Assembly (NCBI GenBank): GCA_963456685.1
Contig: CAUOPB010000001.1
Location: forward strand, 57,511 to 121,510
Length of the DNA: 64,000 bases
From: an uncultured Candidatus Saccharibacteria bacterium
GTDB taxonomy: Bacteria; Patescibacteriota; Saccharimonadia; Saccharimonadales; Saccharimonadaceae
Direction: 5' to 3'
Part shown: positions 10,866 to 21,513 of the stretch, piece after piece
How positions within the stretch are numbered: the first letter of the stretch is position 1
How the letters are laid out: every line of letters begins with the position of its first letter
Made by a program: the position numbers and the translations under genes
The notes under the pieces: model-generated
The model's input: the letters and a program-made list of their open reading frames with translations, nothing else
Databases searched by the model: none
What the model was told of the DNA's origin: nothing

Positions 10866-11468
10866 ATGGAGCGTATTCGACAGCAAAAAGAAACTGTCAA
10901 AACTGCCGCTGCTGGTATCGGCGCGCTATTGAAATTGCCGCGCTACAGCGTGCTGGCGGCGGGGTTTTCTTTGTTATTCGCCATTATTATTTTCTTTGCG
11001 ATTAACGGCAACTTCTATGGACCGTTGTTTTTATCGCGATTACCAATTGTCGATAAATTCGCTGTTGCCGGCAATATGCTCGCCGAGCTATTCAAGCAAG
11101 GCTTCACCACGCCAAACGGCGCGCTGCTACTAATCGTCTCTATTCTGCAAGGCTTATCACTTTCAGTTGTAATATTTACAGCACGACGCAATAAACGCAA
11201 CGAACAAGATGTAGCCCGCCAACTCAGCGTCAGCGGTATCGCCTCGATCGCTGCCGCTATCGGCCTCGGCTGCGTACCGTGCGGCACCTCGCTAATCTTG
11301 CCGATCGTTACTCTGTTTTTCTCGGGCGCAGCGGCTGCTACCGCTGCCAATGTTGCTGGCACTATCGTACTCGTATTGGCACTTGTACTTAGCCTAGCGT
11401 CGCTTTACAAATCTGGACAAATCGCATTCGTTTATGCACAATTAGCCAAACAGGAGGAAAAATCATGA
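10866..11468 (+). CDS. Membrane protein with a CxxC motif
   Basis: About 4 TM segments; GLGCVPCG; overlaps the start of the DsbA-like gene. Confidence 0.75.
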   Translation: MERIRQQKETVKTAAAGIGALLKLPRYSVLAAGFSLLFAIIIFFAINGNFYGPLFLSRLPIVDKFAVAGNMLAELFKQGFTTPNGALLLIVSILQGLSLSVVIFTARRNKRNEQDVARQLSVSGIASIAAAIGLGCVPCGTSLILPIVTLFFSGAAAATAANVAGTIVLVLALVLSLASLYKSGQIAFVYAQLAKQEEKS

Positions 11469-12181
11469 GTCATCAACAAGAACGCGGCATTGCCCCAATC
11501 TGGATTGTTTTATCGATCATCGTCGTCGGCATCGTCGCTTTATTTATCTACGGTATTGTCAATCGGCCACCGAACCAGCATATCGGAAACAACAAACCAT
11601 GGAACGAACACATGTCGCAAGGCTCGGCAGATGCGAAAGATGTGTTTATCGATTACACCGATTATTTTTGCTCGTTCTGCGCCCAAGTTGAAGATGCTAC
11701 CAGCAGTGATTCTTTCAAAAACGACTATATCAAATCCGGCAAATTACGCTACGAACACCGAATAGTCACTTTGCTAAAGGATAAAGTACCAAACACCGAA
11801 CAAGGCGCTAAAGCCGCGTTCTGCGCCGCCGACCAGGATAAATATTGGCAATACACCCACGACATCGTGCCGCGTATCAAAACGGGCTACTTCGACAAAG
11901 GCATCGGCGTCAAAAACGTCGCTGTACCGAAAGAAATCCCGCTGCTGCCGCTCAGCTACTTTGAAACATCTGCCAAGAATGCCGGCCTAGACACCGCCAA
12001 GTTCGCCGACTGCATGAAAGGCAACTCCCACCAGCAAGAAATCAACAGCAACACGCAAAAAGCCTTGTCGCTTGGCGTGAATGGCCTGCCATACATGGTA
12101 ATTAACGACTACCAAACCAGCGGCTTCGCCGGCGGCGAGAGCGGACTAAAGGCGATCTTGAAGGCTGGCGGCGTTAATTAA
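11465..12181 (+). CDS. DsbA/BdbD-like thioredoxin-fold oxidoreductase
   Basis: N-terminal TM, YTDYFCSFC, AAFCAADQDKYW, GVNGLP cis-Pro loop. Confidence 0.88.
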   Translation: MSHQQERGIAPIWIVLSIIVVGIVALFIYGIVNRPPNQHIGNNKPWNEHMSQGSADAKDVFIDYTDYFCSFCAQVEDATSSDSFKNDYIKSGKLRYEHRIVTLLKDKVPNTEQGAKAAFCAADQDKYWQYTHDIVPRIKTGYFDKGIGVKNVAVPKEIPLLPLSYFETSAKNAGLDTAKFADCMKGNSHQQEINSNTQKALSLGVNGLPYMVINDYQTSGFAGGESGLKAILKAGGVN

Positions 12182-13065
12182 TGCTAAAATTTCTCAATTC
12201 ATTTTCAGCGCCGCTGATCGGATCTTTGAGTTTCTGGCCTTTTTTATGCATCCTCTTGACCATACCATTCATCATTTCGCGGCTGATCATGCGCCGGCGC
12301 GTAACATGGTCGTATGTATTCTTTTCCTATGGCTCAATTCTCTATTTCACAGGGCTAATCTTTTTTACGTTATCGCCAGCACCAAAAGACCCGATTGCCT
12401 TTTGCCAAACATATCACATCCAGCCACAACTTATCCCCTTCAACTGGGTTAACGACGTTGTTCAGCCTAACAAGGATACGCTATATATCACGCTGCAATT
12501 AATTATGAATATCGTTTTCTTTGTGCCGCTGGGCATTTTTATGAAAGCATATTTTCACAAGCATTGGAAATTTGCGTTGCTAAGCGGCTTTCTTTTATCG
12601 ATGCTAATAGAGGTGACGCAGCTAACTGGCGTGTTCGGTTTATATCCTTGTAGTTATCGGCTATTTGATGTTAATGATTTAATAACCAATACCTTTGGCT
12701 GCTTACTCGGATTTATGTTGACATGGCTAATCGGCTATAAAGTTCCCAGCGTCAAACTCAGCGACGAAAACTACGCCGCGCCTAATCGCCGCAATAAGTT
12801 CTTAGCTAGCTGTATCAATATAGCCCTTATTATCTTCGCCTCAGTAGTTACCCGGTCGCTAGTTTATCAGTTTTTCATAGACACTATACAACCTGGTAGG
12901 TTCTATCTTACAGAGCTGGGCGTCTGGATTCTTATCCACTTGTTTATCATACCAAGGATTGCCAAAGGTTGGACAATTGGGAGCTATCTGGTCGGCATCC
13001 AGCCGAAACGCCAGCGCAAAAGCGATAAACAACAGCCAAAAGACGATGCTAATCCAGAAAATTAG
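12181..13065 (+). CDS. VanZ-family membrane protein
   Basis: NIVFFVPLG, SMLIEVTQL, FDVNDLITNTFG. Confidence 0.85.
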   Translation: MLKFLNSFSAPLIGSLSFWPFLCILLTIPFIISRLIMRRRVTWSYVFFSYGSILYFTGLIFFTLSPAPKDPIAFCQTYHIQPQLIPFNWVNDVVQPNKDTLYITLQLIMNIVFFVPLGIFMKAYFHKHWKFALLSGFLLSMLIEVTQLTGVFGLYPCSYRLFDVNDLITNTFGCLLGFMLTWLIGYKVPSVKLSDENYAAPNRRNKFLASCINIALIIFASVVTRSLVYQFFIDTIQPGRFYLTELGVWILIHLFIIPRIAKGWTIGSYLVGIQPKRQRKSDKQQPKDDANPEN

Positions 13066-13946
13066 CCTTTCAGCTGCCGCATAAATCCGCGCAGCTGCGA
13101 CGATGTCCGCTCGATTCTCTCTGTTGTCCAGTATTTATCCGGCGTGATATTATCGTCGCCAGTTGACTCCTCTTTGTAGCGGCCGATAATCTTGCCGTTC
13201 TTGACAATCGATACGTCCGGTACGAATATCCGCGGCTTGCCGCTGTCGTCTTTGTCCAAATACGGCTCTAGTTTCTTGACCAATTTTTGGTAAACTTCGC
13301 TGTTATTGGCGCGGGCGTCGCGGATATTCAAATAATATACTTTATCAATACCTTCAGCCCGAGCTGACCGGTCAACGTGTTCGCTCAAATGCTGGCACCA
13401 CGGACATTGCGGAAAACCCAAGAAAACCACACCGCTGCCGTGATCAAAGACATTAAGGATTTCTTTATCGCTAGCATAAACGAAGCGATTGTTCGCCGCC
13501 ACTCGCGGATATTCTGACTTGAATTTGGCGGCGTCGGACACGATCTGAGATTGGTCTCTCGTGTTTTTTATATTACGATTATGTTTTATCCAATACGATA
13601 GCCCAAACAGACCACCAATTAGTGTAACCAAGACAATGGCTAAAATTATTTTCTGTTTTCTATTCATGGTAATTCTATAATATCGAACTGAATCATAGCT
13701 TTCCATACCCCACCGCATATGAATTAGCCGAAAAGCCACCAAAGTCATAGATGCAATGATAAACATCTCTATCATGACACCAGTGAACATCGTAGAATCC
13801 CCGAAGCAAACTATTGCAAACCCGATAAATATCGCTCCTATACCTAAGAATGTATCGCGCCACGACATAAATGATTTTATTTTCAACGCCACAAAACAGG
13901 CTAAAAGCAAGGATACCAGCGCTATCATCACCCTTAGCTCGCTCAT
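13062..13946 (-). CDS. Membrane-anchored thioredoxin-like protein
   Basis: FLGFPQCPWC, KVYYLNI, FVPDV; N-terminal TM helices; alternative start possible at MNRKQK (~13667). Confidence 0.7.
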   Translation of the reverse strand: MSELRVMIALVSLLLACFVALKIKSFMSWRDTFLGIGAIFIGFAIVCFGDSTMFTGVMIEMFIIASMTLVAFRLIHMRWGMESYDSVRYYRITMNRKQKIILAIVLVTLIGGLFGLSYWIKHNRNIKNTRDQSQIVSDAAKFKSEYPRVAANNRFVYASDKEILNVFDHGSGVVFLGFPQCPWCQHLSEHVDRSARAEGIDKVYYLNIRDARANNSEVYQKLVKKLEPYLDKDDSGKPRIFVPDVSIVKNGKIIGRYKEESTGDDNITPDKYWTTERIERTSSQLRGFMRQLKG

Positions 13947-13952
13947 ATCAAG

Positions 13953-15071
13953 CTACTCCCACCGAAACAGCTTAATCGCGGCGATGTAGATAACGACGAC
14001 CCAAGCGGCGACGGCGCCGATTTGCGGCAAGACTTCGATGAGGCTAGCTTGCTCGGTCATAATCAGGCGGAAGCCATCCACAACCGGCGTCATTGGGATA
14101 AATTGCGTTACGCCGCGCAACCATTCTGGAAAGAGGAATGCCGGAAAGAATGCTCCAGACAAAAACATCATCGGGAAAGAAATCAAATTAGACAGAGGAG
14201 CTGATTGATTTTCGTTCTTCGCCCAACCGCCGATTAATAATCCTAAGCCCACCATCATCATCGCCGAAATCACCGACATCAAGGAGAGCAGCAGCCAATC
14301 GCCGCGCATATTGAAATGGAACAGCAGCGTGCCGACAACGATCATCATGATCAAACTGAGCAGCGAGATAATCGTATAGTGAATCGCCATGGAGATGATC
14401 AGCTGGCCCGAGGTAAACGGCGCCGCACGCAGACGGCGGTACGAGCCGCGCTGCTTTTCAGCCGGCATTTGGTTCGCCAAACCAAAGATGCCCATGCTCA
14501 TCAAGCTAAACGCCAGCAGCCCGGTAAAGGTATAATCAAACGACTTCAGCTGCTCGTCGCCAACAGCTTTGCCAGCGGCTTTCAGCGGCGCTTCTGGCTG
14601 TCCCATCCGCTTATTGATCTCATTAGCAATCTGATTCATCACCGCCGTCAGGGCGCTACCAGTTTGCTCGGAACCTTTGGCATACAACACGTTAATTGTA
14701 CCAGTCGGGCGAGCATTTCTGCCCTCACCCTTCACTTTGCCAAAGTCGCTTGGCAGTTCAATGATGCCGTTTAGTTCTGAACGCTTGAGCTTCTCGCGGG
14801 CCTCGTCCATATCCTTGACGTCTTTAATTTTAAGAATCGAGTCTTTGGCATTATCCTTAGCGCCTTTGACGAAGTTTTTAGCAAATTCCGTCTGCGAATT
14901 ATTGATAATCGCGATGTCAAAGCTGGTCGATTGATTATTAAAAATCGAACCGAACACCAACAAGAAGATGAGCGGAAACAGAAAGGTAAAGAATAGCGAC
15001 ATTTTATCGCGGACGAAACGTTTTTGCTGGGCGCGTACTTGCCCGAATACACCAGTCCAATATTTTTTCAT
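13953..15071 (-). CDS. ABC-2 type transporter permease
   Basis: RDKMSLFFTFLFP, FLSGAFFP, PEWL...IPMT. Confidence 0.9.
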   Translation of the reverse strand: MKKYWTGVFGQVRAQQKRFVRDKMSLFFTFLFPLIFLLVFGSIFNNQSTSFDIAIINNSQTEFAKNFVKGAKDNAKDSILKIKDVKDMDEAREKLKRSELNGIIELPSDFGKVKGEGRNARPTGTINVLYAKGSEQTGSALTAVMNQIANEINKRMGQPEAPLKAAGKAVGDEQLKSFDYTFTGLLAFSLMSMGIFGLANQMPAEKQRGSYRRLRAAPFTSGQLIISMAIHYTIISLLSLIMMIVVGTLLFHFNMRGDWLLLSLMSVISAMMMVGLGLLIGGWAKNENQSAPLSNLISFPMMFLSGAFFPAFLFPEWLRGVTQFIPMTPVVDGFRLIMTEQASLIEVLPQIGAVAAWVVVIYIAAIKLFRWE

Positions 15072-15072
15072 A

Positions 15073-15837
15073 CTAATCCCGAATTGCCTTTCCTGTTAAG
15101 TCAATAAATACGTCTTCCAAATTGGCCTGCTCGACAACTTGCTTTTTCTTGAAACCGCGCGCCAGTAGCTGCTGGATCAGATTATGCGGCGTATCAATGG
15201 TGATGATCTTGCCATTATCCATAATCGCCAAGCGGTCGCACAGCAGTTCGGCCTCGTCCATGTAATGAGTTGTCAGCACGATAGTAATACCTTCATCGCG
15301 GATCTCTTTGATCAAATCCCATAAATTGCGGCGCGCCTGCGGATCCAACCCAGTGGTCGGCTCGTCAAGGAATAGTACCGTCGGGTTATTAACCAGCGTC
15401 GACGCGATAGCGAAGCGCTGCTTTTGCCCGCCCGAGAGCTGCTCGACATAGCTTTTGGCTTTGTCGGTCAATTGCACCTTGGCCAGCAGTGCGTCGGCGT
15501 CAACCGTTTGGCCGTACAGGCTGGCAAACATTTTCAGTTGTTCGCGCAAGGTTAGTTTGTCGTAAAACATTGTCGATTGCAGCTGGATACCGATGATGTT
15601 TTTAATGCGCCTGGGTTCCTCGGCAACATCAATCCCGTCGATAGTCGCCGTACCGCCATCAATCGGCCGGAGCGCCTCCAGCATCTCTAGCGTCGTCGTC
15701 TTACCGGCGCCATTCGGCCCGAGAATACCGAAAATTTCGCCTTTCTTGACCTCAAACGACACACCATCGACGACATTCTTGCCATCGTAAGTCTTGACGA
15801 GTTGGTCAACTGTTATGATTGGTTCGGGTTGAGCCAT
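15073..15837 (-). CDS. ABC-2 transporter ATP-binding protein
   Basis: GPNGAGKTT, LSGGQKQR, LDEPTTGLDP, TTHYMDEAE. Confidence 0.95.
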   Translation of the reverse strand: MAQPEPIITVDQLVKTYDGKNVVDGVSFEVKKGEIFGILGPNGAGKTTTLEMLEALRPIDGGTATIDGIDVAEEPRRIKNIIGIQLQSTMFYDKLTLREQLKMFASLYGQTVDADALLAKVQLTDKAKSYVEQLSGGQKQRFAIASTLVNNPTVLFLDEPTTGLDPQARRNLWDLIKEIRDEGITIVLTTHYMDEAELLCDRLAIMDNGKIITIDTPHNLIQQLLARGFKKKQVVEQANLEDVFIDLTGKAIRD

Positions 15838-15919
15838 ATAAATTCCTTTCTACTCCCTAGCAGAGAAACATCGCGCACGGTAATCGCTCGCTTTTGGGAT
15901 TATTATAGCACAAGAAACC

Positions 15920-16480
15920 CTATTTCACCGGTGCGGTTTTGAATAACGCCCATGCTGCTAGCATAGAGTAGTTAACAATCTGACCGTTAGAAATCATCTG
16001 CTCAAGTTTGTTAATTTCTAACCAACTACTGGAAATAAACTCTGTTTCATCCGGTTGGAGCGAATAATTATCTCGAAAAGCGCCGCGCGCACAGACAACG
16101 TACAGCTTGGCACTAGTACGGCGATTGTCGGCATAAAACCAGCCAATTTGCTGAAAATCTTCCGCCAAAATATTAGATTCTTCCGCCAATTCGCGCTGGG
16201 CAGCTTGCTCGGGAGTGTCGCCTTCTTCAATTTTACCGCCGGGAAATTGATACAATATATCATCAACCGGATACGAATATTCCCGCTGAATAAGCACTTT
16301 GCCGCCGTTTTGGCAAATGATAATCACACCGCCTTTACCCCGATATACTTGCCGTAAATATAACGACCTTTTACCATCTGGCAACTCTACCTCGTCTTCC
16401 GCCAATATCATCCGCGGATGCGTAAAAATTATTTGCGACGACAAACGGCGCCATTTCTGCGGTTTGCTGTGTCTATTCAT
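15920..16480 (-). CDS. NUDIX hydrolase (ADP-ribose pyrophosphatase-like)
   Basis: Nudix box GKIEEGDTPEQAAQRELAEE. Confidence 0.9.
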   Translation of the reverse strand: MNRHSKPQKWRRLSSQIIFTHPRMILAEDEVELPDGKRSLYLRQVYRGKGGVIIICQNGGKVLIQREYSYPVDDILYQFPGGKIEEGDTPEQAAQRELAEESNILAEDFQQIGWFYADNRRTSAKLYVVCARGAFRDNYSLQPDETEFISSSWLEINKLEQMISNGQIVNYSMLAAWALFKTAPVK

Positions 16481-16613
16481 CTTTATAAAACTCTGTTAAA
16501 TGATTTGACTTGATATTTGAAAAGTATATTTCACATTTTATCCATTGCTTAAACATAACATTTGCCTCAATTACATTTTAACAATCAAACAGCTTCCGCG
16601 ATATAATTATTAC

Positions 16614-17252
16614 ATGAAGCATCAGCAGACGGCAGCGCCCAAATTTTTCCCAAAGAAACACTGTATTATTTTAAGCGTAATTGCGCTGTTGCTTATCACA
16701 CCAATCGCAGTCATTACTCAGCCGAAAATTACCGATAAGTTATCGTCGCTCATTAATTCCACGCGTCTCGACAGGTGGCCTGGCGAATCGGCTTTTCCAG
16801 ATATTGATACGGTAAATTTAAGCCCAGTTCGCCAAAAAATTATCAGCTTAGCAAAGACTGAATTCAAGGCGCAATCCGCTGGCACTAAGTTCAGCCAGGG
16901 CGCCGAGGAGGCGTAGTGCGCTAACTTTGTGAGCTGGATAATGTATCAAGCGGGTGCGCCGCTGAAAAATCCGCATACTGGCGGCTGGCGCATCCCGGGG
17001 ACGTTTACCTTGCGTGAATACTACGAGGCGAATGGCCGGTTCAAGCCTGCTAATTCCGGCTACCAACCGCTTCCTGGCGACATGGCAATTTACCGTAATT
17101 CGCCAGTTTTTGGCGACCATACTAACATCGTCTTGAAAAATGACAATGGCGTGCTAACTACTGTCGGCGGCAACGAGGCAAACCGCATTCGCGTGTTCGT
17201 CAATCATGACAAGCAGTATGACGGACTGCTGGGATACGGCGTAACAAATTAG
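16614..17252 (+). pseudogene. CHAP-domain cell-wall amidase with in-frame TAG at 16914-16916
   Basis: Reading through gives EEA*CANFVSWIM, matching the CHAP WCAxFVSW motif, followed by PGDMAIY, HTNIV, TVGGNE. Confidence 0.82.
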
Positions 17253-17295
17253 ACTACAACCCCTCTAAGCCAACATTTGCCTTTAGCCAAGATAT

Positions 17296-18210
17296 TTATC
17301 GTTTCCGCAAGAAGAATCCGCCCAGCGCGCAAGCCGCCACGATACTAACCACAGTGATTTTCCAAAACATCAGCGGATCATTATCACCAGGCACCGGCAC
17401 GTTCATGCCAAACAACCCGGCAATCATTGTTGGGATAGTCAGCGCCACGGTGATTACCGTTAGCAAGCGAATTGTCTCGTTCAAGCGGGTATCCATCACC
17501 GCCCGGTAACTATCGCGGACGTTGGTGATAGTTCGCAGTAAGCTCTTGCAACGGGCAATTACCTGCTCCAAATCGATCGACAAATCCTCGACATCCTCTT
17601 TATCATCTGCCCGCAGTCGCAGACCGCTGGTCGCCAGCAATTTCTCGACCGCCCAGTTCATCGGGATGAGCGCGTCTAGGTAGTCGTTCAGCTTGCGCTC
17701 ATATTCCGCCAGCGTAGCAATATCCTTGACCCGCAGCGTATGAATATTATCGGTAGCCGCTCGCATTTGGCGGTTAATCGCTGCCACCCGCCGCTGATAC
17801 TGCCTAGATATTGCGTCAATCATGTCAACCAACAACTCAACTGGCCGGTCGGTGCGCGAACGCGCTTGGTCGATAAACGGCTGCCACAATCTGCCCAAGC
17901 TGTCGCGAGACAACGTCACGGCATAGTCCTTATTCAAACAAAACAAAATCGGCGTCGTGAAATCGTTAAAATCATCATCAGTATCTGGCAATCGGGCGAT
18001 TAGATACGTCCAATCGTTGCCAATCTATAGGCGCGGCACCTCATGCGGATCAAGCGCGTCGCTCAGCAAATCATTATCAAGTCCCAGCGACAACAATTCA
18101 GCCAGCTCGTCCTCATTCGGACGTTCGCAGCGCACCCACGAACCTGCCCGCAGGCGTTTCAGCGGCTTGATTTGCTGATTTTTAACACTTGAATGAAGAT
18201 ATTGTAGCAT
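17296..18210 (-). pseudogene. corA: CorA-family Mg2+ transporter with in-frame TAG at 18025-18027
   Basis: DALDPHEVPRL*IGNDWTYLIARLP stays in frame with the downstream ORF containing IPTMIAGLFGMNV (GMN motif). Confidence 0.82.
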
Positions 18211-18336
18211 TCCCTTTTTATACTATAATTTACTGATATTTTCAATGATTTTGGCGTCTAGACAGATAGAAAAGCAGAGAAAGGTTTCAGAGACAACCCA
18301 GCACCCCTAATACATTACAAATGTTATACTATATTT

Positions 18337-19890
18337 ATGCCTGTCAAAAAATTACCAAGGAAGCCGCTAGCGAAAACACCGGCGAACAAAGTCGATAAGC
18401 CTAAATCAGCTAGCAATAAAGCAGCCAAACCTAAACATACCCGCCACGCAGCGAAAACAAAAACCAAGCCCGCCAAATGGCGAAACCTGCTGATAGCGAT
18501 ATTGTTATTGACGGCAATGGCAGCGGTTTTATCGGGACTGGTTTACGCATACTTTAACCAGCTGTCGCCGCGCCGCCCGACTGCTTTATCTGACGAGCAA
18601 TACTATTTCACTGATTCGCGCTACTCCGGCATTCGTTCTAAATTCGTAACGCGCCAGACTAACCGCGAGAAGGTTTCGATTGAATATCCGCTGACTAAAA
18701 ACAATAAGATCAATAAAACCGTCGCTCAGGCAATTGACCGCGCTGACAGCGATTTCCGCTATGCTGCCACCAATATTCTGACGTTCGACCAGCCGCTGAC
18801 AGAGACAATTAGCTACCAAGTTACGCATAATAATTCGCTAGCTTTATCGATCATTGTCAATATTAAGCAAGATATGCACGGAGCGCATCCGGTGTCGCTG
18901 ACGCATTTTTGGACATTTGATAAAAAATCTGGCGAAGTGATTAGCCTGAGCGATTTGACTGAGCAATCAGAGAAAGCGGCCGAGGAAATCGTGGCGGCTG
19001 CCCGAAACAACATCAATGAGACCATCAAGCAGCGCCGGCAAACAGAACTGGATCTTAATGAAACGATCACCCAAGAAACGCTATCGAATTTCGTTATTAC
19101 TGATGGCGGCAATAGTTTAGCTTGGCCAATTGGGCAGGCGTCACTGCTGCCGTCAGCCTACGGCGAAATGACGATCAAAGTGCCGATCGCTGCCGTTGCC
19201 AAATATCTGCAAAATCCGACAGCTCGGAAGCTGGCTAACATTCCCAAGCCGCCCGAGCCAAAACCAAAGCCAGCGCCTGCCGCACCGACAGCCGTGAATT
19301 CTGGAGGTAAAGTAATTGCCTTGACATTTGACGACGGGCCAGGACCGTACACCGCGCAGCTATTGGATATTTTGGACAAGCATGGCGCTAAAGCGACGTT
19401 TTTCTTTATCGGCAGCAAAGTCTCCAGCCAAGCCAACGTCGTGCGCAGCATCCATGCGCGCGGCCACCAACTAGGCAATCATTCGTGGTCGCACCCAGAA
19501 CTACCTAAATTGCCAGTTAACCAAATTGCCGGCGAAATTGACCGTACCAATGACGCCATCAAGCAAGCCACCGGCGTCAAGCCAACTGTTATGCGCCCGC
19601 CTTATGGTGCGGTCAACAGCGCTGTCTTGGAGCAGCTTCGCCTGCGTGGCATGTCGTCAATCTTGTGGTCGGTCGACACCCGCGACTGGGCTGACCGTAA
19701 TAGCGAAATCGTCTGCTCGCGCGCCGTCGCTGGCGCTCGCCCCGGAGCCATCATCCTGATGCACGACATCCACCAAACGTCAGTCGGTGCCGTACCGTGC
19801 ATCCTCAACGCACTGAAGCAGCAAGGTTATTCGTTTGTGACGATACAAGGATTGATCGGCAATATGGTAGCGAGAGTTGGGTATCCGTAG
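18337..19890 (+). CDS. Polysaccharide/peptidoglycan deacetylase (CE4, PgdA-like)
   Basis: TM anchor; LTFDDGP, NHSWSHP, RPPYG, DTRDW, ILMHD motifs. Confidence 0.93.
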   Translation: MPVKKLPRKPLAKTPANKVDKPKSASNKAAKPKHTRHAAKTKTKPAKWRNLLIAILLLTAMAAVLSGLVYAYFNQLSPRRPTALSDEQYYFTDSRYSGIRSKFVTRQTNREKVSIEYPLTKNNKINKTVAQAIDRADSDFRYAATNILTFDQPLTETISYQVTHNNSLALSIIVNIKQDMHGAHPVSLTHFWTFDKKSGEVISLSDLTEQSEKAAEEIVAAARNNINETIKQRRQTELDLNETITQETLSNFVITDGGNSLAWPIGQASLLPSAYGEMTIKVPIAAVAKYLQNPTARKLANIPKPPEPKPKPAPAAPTAVNSGGKVIALTFDDGPGPYTAQLLDILDKHGAKATFFFIGSKVSSQANVVRSIHARGHQLGNHSWSHPELPKLPVNQIAGEIDRTNDAIKQATGVKPTVMRPPYGAVNSAVLEQLRLRGMSSILWSVDTRDWADRNSEIVCSRAVAGARPGAIILMHDIHQTSVGAVPCILNALKQQGYSFVTIQGLIGNMVARVGYP

Positions 19891-19933
19891 AACCCGAGCG
19901 TTAAACAGCAACGACGCCAGTAAATTGCGGCAG

Positions 19934-20164
19934 CTATTCTATCTTGTCTATCTCAAACACTTTGTATTTCGAAGTTGCGCCGCGCACCAATTTTACCTTT
20001 GACAAGGATACACCAAAATGTTTCGCCAATAGCTTCACCGCCGCCAAATTGGCCCGTCCTTCAATGGCTGGCGCCTTAGTATAAATCGTCAGCGAGCCAT
20101 CATCGTTCTCTACGACTTCTTCGCGGTAGCGGGAGTTGGGCTTGAAGAGGACGGAGATTTTCAT
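19934..20164 (-). CDS. DUF167/YggU family protein
   Basis: KPNS, APAIEGRAN, GATSKYK. Confidence 0.88.
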   Translation of the reverse strand: MKISVLFKPNSRYREEVVENDDGSLTIYTKAPAIEGRANLAAVKLLAKHFGVSLSKVKLVRGATSKYKVFEIDKIE

Positions 20165-20187
20165 ACTAATACGACTATTACTCTAGG

Positions 20188-20790
20188 TTAAGTTTTTCCG
20201 TTATTTTTTATAGAATTAAGGCTTTTACTAATATTAGGCAGCTCATTAGATATTACCTTAAAAGCTCTGTCTTTGTCAGTTGTCCAGCTAGAGTCAGATA
20301 AACTTGCAAAATCAAGCAAAAAACTGTCGCTATATTTTTTCTTACCTGTAATATCAGTATAATTCACCTCTATCTCCGTCTTGTTTTTAAGCAATTTTTC
20401 ATAACAACCAATAGCAGATACAATAAAATACCTTCTTTTGCCTTTTGATGGTAACATAGCTATACCGTGTTTAATTACCCGAAGTTTCGATAATTTATCA
20501 ATACCTTCACTTTGACAATTAAGTTCTAAATCCTCAACTTTTATTGAGAAACAAATATTCCGAGCAAGTCCACCGCCTTCATTCAACACAACAATGTCTA
20601 TTAGATTTTTTGAGGCTTCTGTACTTTCTACATAAACTGCCACTCTGGGTCGTATCATCTGTTCATTAGTCTCGTTGTTCTGCTCAGCAGATCTATATGA
20701 CTGAAAAGCTGCAATAACAGCAACTATTGCAGCAATCATCGTACCTATAGCACTTATTATTTCTGCCCAATCTGTAGGTTTTAGTTCCAT
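20188..20790 (-). CDS. Hypothetical protein with N-terminal TM helix (AT-rich)
   Basis: 200 aa; TM then QMIRPRV, VLNEGGGLARNI. Confidence 0.7.
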   Translation of the reverse strand: MELKPTDWAEIISAIGTMIAAIVAVIAAFQSYRSAEQNNETNEQMIRPRVAVYVESTEASKNLIDIVVLNEGGGLARNICFSIKVEDLELNCQSEGIDKLSKLRVIKHGIAMLPSKGKRRYFIVSAIGCYEKLLKNKTEIEVNYTDITGKKKYSDSFLLDFASLSDSSWTTDKDRAFKVISNELPNISKSLNSIKNNGKT

Positions 20791-20856
20791 AGAAACCCTT
20801 TTATCTCTTCATCAATAAAATATCTACTCTTATTATTTTTACTTTATTATAATTCG

Positions 20857-21513
20857 TTAAAACGATATCACCTCCAACTCCCGCGGCAAGATCTCCTGCA
20901 CTTCTACCGAGCCCGCCACCAAATGATAACCATGCAGCTTTGATGGCAAGTCACGCTCGGCTGAACGCCACTTAAATGGTCTGTTTTTATCAAAATAATC
21001 CAGCAATTCCGCGTTCAAAAAATGGTCGCGCGGCAGATCCACCGAACCGTCCTGATTGACAACCAGTGCTATCGACAAACCCGATGTCACGCCATCTTCG
21101 TTTTTGGCATACGCCGCCGTCACCAGATGAACCATTGGCTCAAATTCTAACACTGACTGATCGCTCGCTTCCACCTGTGCCTGGCTGCGACGTGCTAGCT
21201 GCTGATTGATTTTTGTTGTCAATTTATCAACACTATCCTTACCATCACCAACACGACAGTAGTCGCAACCATCCGCCGCCTCGACATATTCCAGCAGCAA
21301 ATCCATATCGACGTCAGCGTCTTTAACGCCATGCTGCGACAATTGCTCCACCATTTCATGCAGCGCACCCAGCAAACTATAATCATTCACATTTCTGGCA
21401 GCATCACCGATACGGATGATGGCGCGAGCGATGGTAACGGTCTTGTTTGGCTTGTTTATACATTCTCCTGAAGCTATCTCACAGCTCTTTATCAACATAC
21501 TTATACTCGCCAA
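20857..21513 (-). CDS. Hypothetical protein
   Basis: 218 aa ORF overlapping the res stop codon. Confidence 0.6.
   Translation of the reverse strand: MASISMLIKSCEIASGECINKPNKTVTIARAIIRIGDAARNVNDYSLLGALHEMVEQLSQHGVKDADVDMDLLLEYVEAADGCDYCRVGDGKDSVDKLTTKINQQLARRSQAQVEASDQSVLEFEPMVHLVTAAYAKNEDGVTSGLSIALVVNQDGSVDLPRDHFLNAELLDYFDKNRPFKWRSAERDLPSKLHGYHLVAGSVEVQEILPRELEVISF

Noticed and set aside
16914..18027. TAG stop-codon reassignment
   Set aside because: The two TAGs imply different residues (Trp, Glu), and TAG ends several intact genes in the window (for example 19890, 55211).
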